Assembly (NCBI GenBank): GCA_003552525.1
Contig: PUNF01000189.1
Location: forward strand, 1-53,852
Length of the DNA stretch: 53,852 nucleotides
Direction of reading: 5' to 3'
DNA from: Clostridia bacterium
Lineage (GTDB): Bacteria; Bacillota; Sulfobacillia; SLMV01
Both the position numbers and the translations under genes were made by a program. The notes under the pieces were generated by a model. That model worked only from the letters and a program-made list of their open reading frames with translations, was not told where the DNA came from and searched no databases. Positions 44,697-53,534 of this stretch are shown piece by piece. Numbering within the stretch: position 1 is the stretch's first letter; each line of letters opens with the position of its first letter.

Positions 44697-45956
44697 TCAC
44701 ACCTCAGTGCGGGACATCATCGAGCGAGGGGTACGCACGAACGGACCGGAAAGGTGTGCCAACAATCCCGCCGCTGCGATCAGGACGAACCCGACGCTCC
44801 CTATCGCCGAACCAAACCCAAGGGTCGCCGCGAGCATTCCCGAGACCGATGAGCCCATTAATCGGCCGGTACCCACGAATACTTCGTTAATGGCCATCCC
44901 AACCGGGCGCCGCGCACTGCTCAGGGTTGCCGACAAGAGCGTCACATTCGAAACGGGTAGGAACCCGGGACCAGTACCCGCGAGGGAGCTGGCGAGCACC
45001 AGGATCCACGGGACATCCGTAAGCGAGATGCTGATCAAAGAAACTGCGAGAATCCCCAGTGCCATGATGGCCGTACGATGAAACCCGATCCGCTCGCCGA
45101 TATGAGCCGCCGCAAACCTACAGATAACGATTACGACACTTCGAAGGGTAAGCATCAACCCGAGCACAGAGGCGCTGTAGCCCAATGCACTGACGTGCAG
45201 CGGGAATAGGGTGTCGAGGACTGCCCAGGTTCCAAAGGAGAACCAGGTTCCTATCACCACGAAACGAAAGGTGGGGAGTCCAAACAGTGCAAGCCCGCCG
45301 TCCTGCGCGGTGAGTGTGCCGCCGGGGAGATCGTCCGCCCCCGCGGAAGGCTCCGAAGGACGAACCAGGGTACGCACTCGCTCAATTCCCAGGAGGCACA
45401 TCACGCAATACACGACAAAAATGTACCGTGGCTCCACGCCTTCCAAAAGATATCCCGCCAGGGGAGGTCCAGCCAGGTAACTCACGGCATTGAGCCCGAG
45501 CGCGAAGGATATCAGGCGTCCCCCACCCGTCTTCAGGGTGCTACCCAGTTCTCCCAGGTAGGAGGCGAGCGACGGCCAGAAGACGGCATTGGCGGCACCG
45601 AACAATAATTGCCCCGCGAAGAGCATCCGATAGTCGGGGGCGAGGTAGTAGGTACACGCGGCGGCAACGCCGAGGATGAAGGAAACGAAGAAAACACCCC
45701 GCTCGCCAATGCGACGAACGAGTAGACCACCGGGTATGCAGAGCACGACCTGAATGAACGCGGTCGCCGCCATCAGGAAACCGATCACCGTCGGTTCCGC
45801 CCCAAGCCGCTGGGCGTATAGGGGCATAAGTGGCAGCACCAAGAACCAGGTAAACCCCTGGATCACGACCAGTACCAGAAGCACGCGGTATTCCGCGGCG
45901 CGATCCCCGAGTCCAAATGCCGCCCCCATATCGGACGACCTCCCGTCCGGCCCCAT
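44697..45956 (-). CDS. MFS transporter
   Basis: 12-TM-like hydrophobic protein (LPLMPLYAQRLGAEPTVIGFLMA..). ATG 45956 overlaps the SRPBCC gene stop by 1 nt (TGATG); the track ORF extends to 46007. Confidence 0.8.
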   Translation of the reverse strand: MGPDGRSSDMGAAFGLGDRAAEYRVLLVLVVIQGFTWFLVLPLMPLYAQRLGAEPTVIGFLMAATAFIQVVLCIPGGLLVRRIGERGVFFVSFILGVAAACTYYLAPDYRMLFAGQLLFGAANAVFWPSLASYLGELGSTLKTGGGRLISFALGLNAVSYLAGPPLAGYLLEGVEPRYIFVVYCVMCLLGIERVRTLVRPSEPSAGADDLPGGTLTAQDGGLALFGLPTFRFVVIGTWFSFGTWAVLDTLFPLHVSALGYSASVLGLMLTLRSVVIVICRFAAAHIGERIGFHRTAIMALGILAVSLISISLTDVPWILVLASSLAGTGPGFLPVSNVTLLSATLSSARRPVGMAINEVFVGTGRLMGSSVSGMLAATLGFGSAIGSVGFVLIAAAGLLAHLSGPFVRTPRSMMSRTEV

Positions 45957-46396
45957 CAACTCGTGCTTTCGGCCTCGGTCTTGATGGCCTCGAGCATGGA
46001 GTTGCAATTGTCTCGTATTAGTTTCTTGATCAATGGGTCCAGGGCCGCCGCGAGCATGGGGACGCCGAGGCTCGCCTCCACCGTCAGGCGAATGCGGCAG
46101 TGCCCATTCATGGATACAAACGTCCAGTCACCCTGGAAGGTCTTGAGATCCCCCTCCAATTGGTAGTACTGGATACGAAGCGACTCGTCATCGAAATCTT
46201 CTTGCTCTACCCACCGGACAGGTTTTCCCTGAAGGCGCGCGACCCAGCGAGTGCGCGCCCAGTCTTTGCCGCGCTCCAAGACCGTGATCTCATCGACACT
46301 CGGCATGAACGCGGGGAACTTCTCCATGTCCGACGCAATCTCGTAGCAGCGCTCCGGTGGCGCTTCGACTAAAATTTCGGTCTCCACGTGGGGCAT
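45956..46396 (-). CDS. SRPBCC (START/polyketide-cyclase-like, RatA/CoQ10-type) domain protein
   Basis: About 146 aa: VEAPPERCYEIASDMEKFPAFMPSV..W..RLQGKPVRWVEQEDFD..GDWTF. ATG 46396 lies 6 nt after GGAGGA. Confidence 0.72.
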   Translation of the reverse strand: MPHVETEILVEAPPERCYEIASDMEKFPAFMPSVDEITVLERGKDWARTRWVARLQGKPVRWVEQEDFDDESLRIQYYQLEGDLKTFQGDWTFVSMNGHCRIRLTVEASLGVPMLAAALDPLIKKLIRDNCNSMLEAIKTEAESTS

Positions 46397-46407
46397 CAAT
46401 ATTCCTC

Positions 46408-47679
46408 CTAGGACAATTCCACGATGGTCGGTGCGAGCTCGGCCATGACTTCCTCGAGTATATCAAGGCCGCGGTCGAGGATATCGTCATCGATGTTCAA
46501 AGGTGGCGCAATCCGCATGACCGTCCAGTCCATCAGGCTTGGAATGACGAGCACACCACGGTCAAGCAACGTCGACAGGATCATCAAGCCACCGGACGGA
46601 TTGGTGAACGCCAAGCCGGTGAGTAACCCGCGCCCCCGAACCTCGGCGATGATCTCTGGGTACTTCTCGCCGATCTCCTCCAGGCGAGCCATTACACGCC
46701 TCCCCTTTTCCCGGGCCTGCTCGGCCAGGCGCTCTTCGACGAGGACCTCGAGCGCGGCCATGGCTGCGGCCATGGAGACGGGGTTCCCGCCGGTGGTGCT
46801 CGCGTGAATATAGGGGTTCTCGTCGAGCACCGCGAACACTTCCGGCCTCGCTACCGTCGCCGCAACGGGCAAGACACCGCCTCCGAAGCCCTTGGCGAGG
46901 GTAATAATGTCGGGTATCACGTCCCACAATTCGCAGGCGAAATTGGCTCCCGTCCTGCCCATGCCCGTTTGCACCTCGTCGAGAATCAGGAGCGCGCCGG
47001 ATCGGTCGCAGATTTCCCGCACCCCGGGCAGGTATCCGTCCGAGGGTACGCGTGCGCCCGCTTCTCCCTGGATGGGCTCCAAGACTACCGCCGCGGTATC
47101 GGGCCCGACCGCCGCATCCATGGCATCGAGATCATCGAAGGGAACGTGCGTAATGCCCTCCAGCAATGGGGCGAAAGCGTCACGATAGGTCCCCTTGGCC
47201 GTTAAGGAGAGCGCCCCCATCGTCTTACCGTGATACCCGCCCTCGGCTGCGACGAATCCCACGCGACCCGTTTTGACCCTTGCCATCTTCAGGGCGAACT
47301 CGTTGGCTTCGGCTCCCGTTGCGGAAAAGAAGCTCATCTGTAAATCACCGGGAAGAAGCGCCGCGAGTCGCTTGGCCACCTCGCCCTCCTGGGCACTCAG
47401 CAGCGTCTTCGTCGACATCCCGATCCGATCAAGGCAGGCACGCACCGCATCCACGATGCGAGGATGGCGATGTCCGGCATTCAGTACGGCATATCCCGAG
47501 CAGAAGTCGATGTAGGATTTGCCCGCACTATCGCGGACGGTGGAGCCTTCTGCGTAATACTCGACGCTATCCAAACCGAGCAACCGATAAATCCGGGCTC
47601 GACCGGGATTTACGTATTTCTCGAGATTCTCGAGGACCGCTTCTGGCGAGGCAGTGTCGTGACGTAGATCTCGCGTCAT
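46408..47679 (-). CDS. Class III PLP aminotransferase (acetylornithine/putrescine/GABA-aminotransferase family)
   Basis: LNAGHRHPRIV, SATGAEANEFALKMAR, GGYHGKT, LILDEVQTGMGRTG and ITLAKGFGGG (Schiff-base Lys) motifs. ATG 47679 follows GGGAAGGTGG; the track ORF extends to 47751. Confidence 0.88.
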   Translation of the reverse strand: MTRDLRHDTASPEAVLENLEKYVNPGRARIYRLLGLDSVEYYAEGSTVRDSAGKSYIDFCSGYAVLNAGHRHPRIVDAVRACLDRIGMSTKTLLSAQEGEVAKRLAALLPGDLQMSFFSATGAEANEFALKMARVKTGRVGFVAAEGGYHGKTMGALSLTAKGTYRDAFAPLLEGITHVPFDDLDAMDAAVGPDTAAVVLEPIQGEAGARVPSDGYLPGVREICDRSGALLILDEVQTGMGRTGANFACELWDVIPDIITLAKGFGGGVLPVAATVARPEVFAVLDENPYIHASTTGGNPVSMAAAMAALEVLVEERLAEQAREKGRRVMARLEEIGEKYPEIIAEVRGRGLLTGLAFTNPSGGLMILSTLLDRGVLVIPSLMDWTVMRIAPPLNIDDDILDRGLDILEEVMAELAPTIVELS

Positions 47680-47762
47680 ATGTGGTGTAACCACCTTCCC
47701 ATCATGCACTCGACAATCATTGTACTCTTCAACGGCGAAAACCTCTAGCACCCAAGCGGAGC

Positions 47763-47790
47763 TTCAAGCCAGCAACGGAAGTGATACAAT
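47763..47790 (+). promoter_or_regulatory. Putative extended -10 promoter for iorAB
   Basis: TTCAAG (47763-47768), 16 nt, TGaTACAAT (47782-47790), about 50 nt upstream of the iorA GTG. Confidence 0.42.
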
Positions 47791-47839
47791 GGGTCCGATT
47801 ATCCCGGTTCCATCCGGGCAACGGGAAAGGAGCCATCAC

Positions 47840-49618
47840 GTGTCCGAACATACCCTACTTTCGGGAAACGAAGCCATCGCCCTCGGCGCACACCTGTCAG
47901 GAGTTCGGGTGGCCACCGGCTATCCCGGTACCCCCAGCACCGAGATCCTCGAAGCGCTCGCCGCGGGTGATCATGATGAGACCGTCGTGCAATGGTCGGT
48001 AAACGAAAAGGTCGCCCTCGAGGTCGGTATCGGCGCTTCCCTGGCCGGGCGACGCACCCTCGTGACGATGAAGCACGTCGGGGTAAACGTGGCGGCGGAC
48101 CCCCTGATGACCTTTACGTACATGGGAGTCAATGCCGGCCTGGTCCTGGTAACCGCAGACGATCCCGGGATGCACAGCTCGCAAAACGAGCAGGATAACC
48201 GAAACTATGCGCGTTTTGCCAAGATTCCCGTGCTTGAACCATCGGATAGCCAGGAAGCCTGCGACATGGTACAGGCGGCCTTCGAAATATCCGAACGTTA
48301 CGACACACCCGTACTATTGCGCTCTACCACCCGAATTTCGCATTCGAAGACCCCGGTCAACCCGGGCGATCGGACCGAAAGCCGGGTTGATCCGGGTTTC
48401 ATCAAGGACCCGAGCAGGACGGTCATGATGCCCGCCTACGCCCGTGGCCGCAGGGTCGCGGTCGAAGAGCGCAGCGAGAAATTGCGTGCCTATGTAGAAG
48501 AGGTGTCGGATGCCGCTCCATCTTCGCTGAACCGTGTCGAGATGCGAGATGCGACAGTTGGTATCATCACCGGGGGAATCGCCTATCAATACGCCCGTGA
48601 AGCCCTTCCGGACGCCAGCATATTCAAGATGGGCATCAGCTATCCCCTGCCCATCGCGGCCATTGAAGATTTTGCCGGACGTGTAGACCGGCTATATGTC
48701 GTCGAGGAGCTGGATTCTTTCTGGGAAACCGAGTTGTTGGCCGCCGGCATTGCGATTACACCTTCAAGCCTCCCCCGGGTAGGCGAACTATCGGCGGATG
48801 CCGTTCGAGCCGCGCTGTCCGCGGACACCGGTCCTCCAACGCACGACCCGGCCGCAGACATCCCCGTCCGCCCACCCGTTTTGTGTCCCGGCTGTCCACA
48901 CCGGGGCATCTTCTACACGCTTCGTCGGCGCCGGTACACGGTTAGCGGAGACATTGGTTGTTACACCCTCGGCGCACTCCCACCGCTCGAATCGATGCAC
49001 ACGTGCATTTGCATGGGTGCAAGCATTGGCGCCGCTCTGGGCATTGAAAAGGCCCTCGGCGAAGAAGCCCCACCAACGGTCGCAGTCATCGGGGATTCCA
49101 CCTTCATGCACTCAGGTATGACCGGGCTCGCCGATGTGTTCTTCAACCGCGGAAACGTGACCACGATCATCCTGGATAACCACACCACGGCGATGACCGG
49201 TCACCAGGGGAATCCGACGGCGGGATATGATGCACACTTGGCCGATGCGCCTCGACTGGATTTCGAATCGCTCGTCCGGGGCCTGGGCGTGCAACACGTC
49301 AAGCGCATTGACCCTTATGACCTCGAGCATTTCGATGCCGTCCTGACGCAATGTGCGGATCACGAAGGGCCTTCCGTAATCGTCGTCGAAGGGCCCTGTG
49401 TGCTGCTCCCGACTGCTGATCCGGGCACGATTCCCTGCGTGAGCGACCAATGCGTCGGTTGTGGGGCGTGCCTGCGGTTGGGTTGTCCCGCGCTACGCCG
49501 GCGGGGTACCGACAAACGCGCGCAGGTAAGCATTAACGCGGACCTGTGCACCGGATGTGCCCTTTGCGTCCAGGTCTGTCCATACTCGGCCATCGTCGGC
49601 GAAGGAGCTGATTCGTGA
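47840..49618 (+). CDS. iorA: Indolepyruvate:ferredoxin oxidoreductase, alpha subunit
   Basis: LLSGNEAIALGA..ATGYPGTPSTEI, a TPP region GDSTFMHSG, and a C-terminal 2x[4Fe-4S] region (CVGCGAC..CP; CTGCALCVQVCP). GTG 47840 lies 8 nt after GGAAAGGAG. Confidence 0.9.
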   Translation: MSEHTLLSGNEAIALGAHLSGVRVATGYPGTPSTEILEALAAGDHDETVVQWSVNEKVALEVGIGASLAGRRTLVTMKHVGVNVAADPLMTFTYMGVNAGLVLVTADDPGMHSSQNEQDNRNYARFAKIPVLEPSDSQEACDMVQAAFEISERYDTPVLLRSTTRISHSKTPVNPGDRTESRVDPGFIKDPSRTVMMPAYARGRRVAVEERSEKLRAYVEEVSDAAPSSLNRVEMRDATVGIITGGIAYQYAREALPDASIFKMGISYPLPIAAIEDFAGRVDRLYVVEELDSFWETELLAAGIAITPSSLPRVGELSADAVRAALSADTGPPTHDPAADIPVRPPVLCPGCPHRGIFYTLRRRRYTVSGDIGCYTLGALPPLESMHTCICMGASIGAALGIEKALGEEAPPTVAVIGDSTFMHSGMTGLADVFFNRGNVTTIILDNHTTAMTGHQGNPTAGYDAHLADAPRLDFESLVRGLGVQHVKRIDPYDLEHFDAVLTQCADHEGPSVIVVEGPCVLLPTADPGTIPCVSDQCVGCGACLRLGCPALRRRGTDKRAQVSINADLCTGCALCVQVCPYSAIVGEGADS

Positions 49619-50208
49619 TGTCCCGCATCGACGACATACTGGTAGTCGGAGTTGGCGGCCAGGGAATTATCCTCGCGACCGACGTGATCGCGGAGGTATT
49701 CCTGCGGGCAGGTCACGACGCCAAAAAATCAGAGGTGCACGGCATGGCGCAGCGGGGTGGATCCGTCGAAAGCCACGTGCGCCGGGGCGAAGAGGTTCAC
49801 TCGCCGCTGATCTCCCCGGGTGCCGTGCAGGTTCTAGTAGCTATGGAAGGTCTCGAGGCGCTGCGCTATGCGCACATGGTATCTCGGGGCGGTATCATCC
49901 TCTACGATCCCCTCGAGATTCCCCCGCTGGCCGTTGCCACCGGGCAGTCACAGTATCCCGAGGATCTCTCCGAGAGGCTGTCCCTCTACAGCGCGAAGGT
50001 ATATCCGGTTCCTGCTTTTGCCCTTGCCTCGGAACTCGGGAACACGCGGACACAGAATGCCGTACTCATCGGCGCCCTCGCCTCCCTGATGGAGATACCC
50101 GATACGCTGTGGCGCGAGGTCTTATCGCGCCGGGTTCCAGCCCGCGCGGTCGATGTCAACCAAGAAGCATTTGCGCTAGGAAGCAAGGCGATCGTGCGGG
50201 GCTCGTGA
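49615..50208 (+). CDS. iorB: Indolepyruvate:ferredoxin oxidoreductase, beta subunit
   Basis: ILVVGVGGQGIILATDVIA..SEVHGMAQRGGSV motif. GTG 49615 / ATG 49618 overlap the iorA TGA. Confidence 0.88.
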   Translation: MMSRIDDILVVGVGGQGIILATDVIAEVFLRAGHDAKKSEVHGMAQRGGSVESHVRRGEEVHSPLISPGAVQVLVAMEGLEALRYAHMVSRGGIILYDPLEIPPLAVATGQSQYPEDLSERLSLYSAKVYPVPAFALASELGNTRTQNAVLIGALASLMEIPDTLWREVLSRRVPARAVDVNQEAFALGSKAIVRGS

Positions 50209-50260
50209 AGGCGCGCAGCCCACTTCAGCCCCGGTAAGGATAGAATCGTGGAGGTGTGAT

Positions 50261-51856
50261 TTGAAGACTCATCCCCGGACGGTTTTCCAAGATGCATGGA
50301 TCGTGGACGGTTCCGGTAGTCCACCGCGCCGAGGCGATGTATCAGTCGTGGGAAAGCGAATCGAACACGTCGGATCAATCCCTGTAAATGCCGGTGACCA
50401 CCAGATCGAGGGAGCAGGACTCGTGCTCTGCCCGGGATTCATCGACCTCCACTCCCATCTCGATTTCACCTTGTCAAACAATCGGCGCTGCACAAACCTC
50501 GTCGCCCAGGGCATCACGATGGCCATCGGTGGAAACTGTGGCTTCTCTGCCGCGCCCACCGGTCCCCGGATGGCGAAACACCAGGAGGACAGGGGCAGGG
50601 AGGCCCACCGGGGCCGCCTATCCGGCTGGTTCGAGAAGATCGAAGCGCTGGGCCTGGGGCTGCACGTGGGAACCTACGTCGGCCAGGGCAACCTGCGCGC
50701 TGACGCGATGGGCACCGATGCGACCCAACCCCCTACGCGGGATCAGATGCGCGAGATGAAGCGCACCCTCCGTACCGCCCTGGACGACGGCGCCTTCGGC
50801 CTGTCCACGGGTCGAGACTACGTACCGGGATGCTATTCGACCGAAGAAGAAATCCGCGATCTCGCCGGTGCGCTATCCGGCCATACGGGTGCCTTCTACA
50901 TCAGCCACCTCCTGGACGAATCCGCTGGGCTGGTCGCGGCCACCCGGGAAGCCCTGAGCATCGGTCGATCCGCGGGGGTTCCGACGTTGCTGTCCCATCA
51001 CAAGGCCGTGGTACCCACGAATCGCGGCCTCACCCGGCAAAGCCTGGCATTGGTGGATGAAGCGCTGGACGAAGGATACGACGCCAGGCTGGATGTATAC
51101 CCCTACGACTTTTCCGCCACAATACACCTCTTCGATATGTTACCCGATCGCATTACCGCCAGGGGCCGCGACGCGGCCCTGACAACTCTGCGCGACGACG
51201 AAGCGTTTTCGCGCGTAGCGAACGAATTACACAGCGGATACCCCGGCTGGACCAGCGCTCTTGCGGATTTCGATTTCGGCTACACGGTACTGGTGAGTCC
51301 CGGGCACCCGGGCGTGAATGGGATGACCATCGCCGACATCGCCCGGGATTGGGGCCTCGATCCCGCAGAAACCGTTCGGCGACTCGTACTGGCCGATTCC
51401 GGGCAAGCGATATGTTCCCTCACGATGGACGAGGACGATGTGAGCCGGGTTATCGCGCATCCCCGGGCGGCCATATGTACAGACAGTCCCGCCCTGGATT
51501 CCCCGGAGGGAAACTTTCGAACCTCGATCCACCCGCGCAGTTATGGCACCTATCCCCGCCTGTTCGCACGCTACGTGCGCGAGAAGGGTGTGCTTAGCAT
51601 CGAGGAGGCTGTCTATCGGTGCACGGGACTCCCGGCATCCTGGCTCGGCCTATCGAATCGTGGCATCATTGCGCCGGGCGCCCATGCGGATCTCGTGCTC
51701 TTCGACCCCGAAGCGATCACCGACCACGCCACGCTCGAGAATCCGACAGAGGGTCCAGAAGGTGTGAACCGGGTGATGGTCAATGGCATCTGGGCCGTAG
51801 AGGACGGTACCCCGACGGGCAGCCTGTCCGGTCAGGTGATACGACGGGATCGCTAA
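50261..51856 (+). CDS. N-acyl-D-amino-acid deacylase (D-aminoacylase) family amidohydrolase
   Basis: FQDAWIVDGSGSPPRRGDVSV.GKRI, PGFIDLHSHLD, GITMAIGGNCG, ISHL and SHHKA. 531 aa. TTG start after GGAGGTG. Confidence 0.85.
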   Translation: MKTHPRTVFQDAWIVDGSGSPPRRGDVSVVGKRIEHVGSIPVNAGDHQIEGAGLVLCPGFIDLHSHLDFTLSNNRRCTNLVAQGITMAIGGNCGFSAAPTGPRMAKHQEDRGREAHRGRLSGWFEKIEALGLGLHVGTYVGQGNLRADAMGTDATQPPTRDQMREMKRTLRTALDDGAFGLSTGRDYVPGCYSTEEEIRDLAGALSGHTGAFYISHLLDESAGLVAATREALSIGRSAGVPTLLSHHKAVVPTNRGLTRQSLALVDEALDEGYDARLDVYPYDFSATIHLFDMLPDRITARGRDAALTTLRDDEAFSRVANELHSGYPGWTSALADFDFGYTVLVSPGHPGVNGMTIADIARDWGLDPAETVRRLVLADSGQAICSLTMDEDDVSRVIAHPRAAICTDSPALDSPEGNFRTSIHPRSYGTYPRLFARYVREKGVLSIEEAVYRCTGLPASWLGLSNRGIIAPGAHADLVLFDPEAITDHATLENPTEGPEGVNRVMVNGIWAVEDGTPTGSLSGQVIRRDR

Positions 51857-51872
51857 TTACCGCTGATTACGC

Positions 51873-51926
51873 GCGTGGCCGACGAGGCACTGTCATCATG
51901 CCCCACCGGCCACGCACCGTTTTTTG
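51873..51926 (+). terminator. Terminator candidate after the D-aminoacylase gene
   Basis: GCGTGGCCG..(25-nt loop with an internal GGCA/TGCC pairing)..CGGCCACGC, then ACCG and TTTTTT. Confidence 0.45.
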
Positions 51927-51938
51927 CGTACTCGTTCG

Positions 51939-52475
51939 CTAGAAATTCTCGAAGTTGATCTCGAAGAAGGAACGCGGATGCTTGCAGACGGGGCAGCGTT
52001 CCGGCGCCATGTTGGCCATCTGTATGCAGCCACAATTGCGGCAGTGCCAGGATGTCTTCGAATCGCGCTCGAATACCTTGCCGCTATCCACCCGCTCCTT
52101 CAGCGTCAAGAACCGGCGCTCATGCTCCGCTTCTGCCTCCCCCACGCCGCGGAAGAAGTCGGCAATCTCTTCAAAGCCCTCTTCACGAGCCACCTTTTCG
52201 AACTCCGGGTACATCTCCGTATGTTCGTAGTTTTCCCCCTGGGCAGCTGCCTCTAGATTGCTGGAGGTATCTCCGAGGGCATCGAGGAAGCGAAACGCGC
52301 GCTTGGCGTGTTGCTTTTCGTGTTCGGCTGCCTGCTCGAAGATAGCCGCAATCTGCTCATACCCATCGCGGCGCGCTCTCTCCGCGAAAAAGGTATACTT
52401 GTTTCTCGCCTGGGATTCGCCGGCGAAAGCGGCCTGAAGATTCTCTTCTGTCCGTGTTCCCTTTAGTGACTTCAT
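51939..52475 (-). CDS. rbr: Rubrerythrin
   Basis: An N-terminal ferritin-like di-iron domain (ENLQAAFAGESQARNKY..EHEKQHA..E..EAEHERRF) plus a C-terminal rubredoxin-like CRNCG..CPVC. Confidence 0.93.
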   Translation of the reverse strand: MKSLKGTRTEENLQAAFAGESQARNKYTFFAERARRDGYEQIAAIFEQAAEHEKQHAKRAFRFLDALGDTSSNLEAAAQGENYEHTEMYPEFEKVAREEGFEEIADFFRGVGEAEAEHERRFLTLKERVDSGKVFERDSKTSWHCRNCGCIQMANMAPERCPVCKHPRSFFEINFENF

Positions 52476-52500
52476 CTATGCAATTCTCCCCTTCCAACTG

Positions 52501-52539
52501 AAAGCAACCCCCGGAGCATAGGGAGAACCCGTCCGGGGG
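52501..52539 (-). terminator. Intercistronic terminator-like hairpin between rubredoxin-2 and rubrerythrin
   Basis: Minus strand: CCCCCGGA-16 nt-TCCGGGGG followed by TTGCTTT. It ends only about 10 nt before the rbr SD region, leaving no room for a separate promoter. Confidence 0.5.
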
Positions 52540-52555
52540 CAGCAAGTTTGTCGAA

Positions 52556-52729
52556 CTAGCAACAAGAATCGGTATCGGCCTCTTTGAACTTCTCTTCACC
52601 GGTCACCCCACAGTTGGGGCAGGTCATATCCTCGGGTACGCCGGCCTTACCCTTTCCCGGATCGAGGTCGCCGAGGGGATCCCCACCCTGCGGGTCAAAG
52701 CTGGTTCCGCACGCTATACATTGCCACAT
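52556..52729 (-). CDS. Rubredoxin-like protein, divergent (57 aa), not in the track
   Basis: MWQCIACGTSFDPQGGDPLGDLDPGKGKAGVPEDMTCPNCGVTGEEKFKEADTDSCC. It has the CxxCG and CPxCG pairs at rubredoxin spacing. GGAGGGAGGA lies upstream; ATG 52735 is an alternative start. Confidence 0.7.
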   Translation of the reverse strand: MWQCIACGTSFDPQGGDPLGDLDPGKGKAGVPEDMTCPNCGVTGEEKFKEADTDSCC

Positions 52730-52754
52730 GAGCATTCCTCCCTCCGCCTGAGAT

Positions 52755-52786
52755 CAGCCAAAACGGGGAGTGCCCCGATTTGGCTG
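52755..52786 (-). promoter_or_regulatory. Stable intercistronic stem-loop between the two rubredoxin genes
   Basis: 13-bp stem with one A-A mismatch: CAGCCAAA(T)CGGGG-cact-CCCCG(T)TTTGGCTG. There is no trailing U-run outside the stem. Confidence 0.45.
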
Positions 52787-52790
52787 AAAA

Positions 52791-52955
52791 TCATCCCTGC
52801 AGTTCCTCGAACTCGTCCTTGGATGCACCGCAATCGGGGCAGATCCAGTCGTCTGGCAAGTCATCAAAGGAAGTGCCGGGTTCTATCCCACCGATGGGAT
52901 CACCAGCCTCGGGGTCATAAATGTAGCCGCAAATCACGCATTCCCACCTGGACAC
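52791..52955 (-). CDS. rd: Rubredoxin (54 aa), not in the track
   Basis: GTG start: [54 protein letters not shown] is the canonical rubredoxin sequence pattern. GAGGAG lies 8 nt upstream. Confidence 0.9.
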   Translation of the reverse strand: MSRWECVICGYIYDPEAGDPIGGIEPGTSFDDLPDDWICPDCGASKDEFEELQG

Positions 52956-52994
52956 GTGCCTCACTCCTCTCAGTGGATTGTCCTGACGTATCGT

Positions 52995-53387
52995 TTATTC
53001 GACCTCAAGGGTCGCCTCCCCTTGCCATAGCCCATGTATGTTGCAATAGCTCATGGCCATGAGTGTCCCGGGAGCGGCAAAGCTCGCGGTGACCGTCAAC
53101 TTAGGCTCCGCCTTGGGGAAGGCGGCCTCATCGGTCTCGGATCCATGCACGGAAAACTGGTAGTCGCCAATCTCCACCGGGAACTTGGCTTCGTCTGCCT
53201 GGAAGAACAGCTTGATCCACGCGATGAAGTGTTCGGGAACGTTCGGATGCGCGATCTCGCGCCCGACAGACACGGTGATCTCGCAGGGCTCACCCTTTTT
53301 CACCGTGGTCGGGGGCTCGATTACGGGTACGTGTTTCTCTTTCTTCCAATCCGCGTCTTGTATGCGGTCCGAAAGGGACAATTGCAT
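52995..53387 (-). CDS. sor: Superoxide reductase (neelaredoxin / 1Fe-SOR type)
   Basis: ADWKKEKHVPVIE, VGREIAHPNVPEHFIAWI and SYCNIHGLWQGEATL match my recollection of the archaeal/clostridial neelaredoxin motifs. Likely start is ATG 53387; the track ORF extends to 53450. Confidence 0.88.
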   Translation of the reverse strand: MQLSLSDRIQDADWKKEKHVPVIEPPTTVKKGEPCEITVSVGREIAHPNVPEHFIAWIKLFFQADEAKFPVEIGDYQFSVHGSETDEAAFPKAEPKLTVTASFAAPGTLMAMSYCNIHGLWQGEATLEVE

Positions 53388-53534
53388 CACTCCCAATGCG
53401 TATTTTGGTATGTCTACATAGTTACCCAATCTTCCCCGGGGTATACACATATCTGGAAATTTCCGCGGGAAGGTAAGGAAGTCCTTCTCAGGGTATAGTA
53501 GAGAACAGGTGACAATGATAGGGAGGCGATATGC

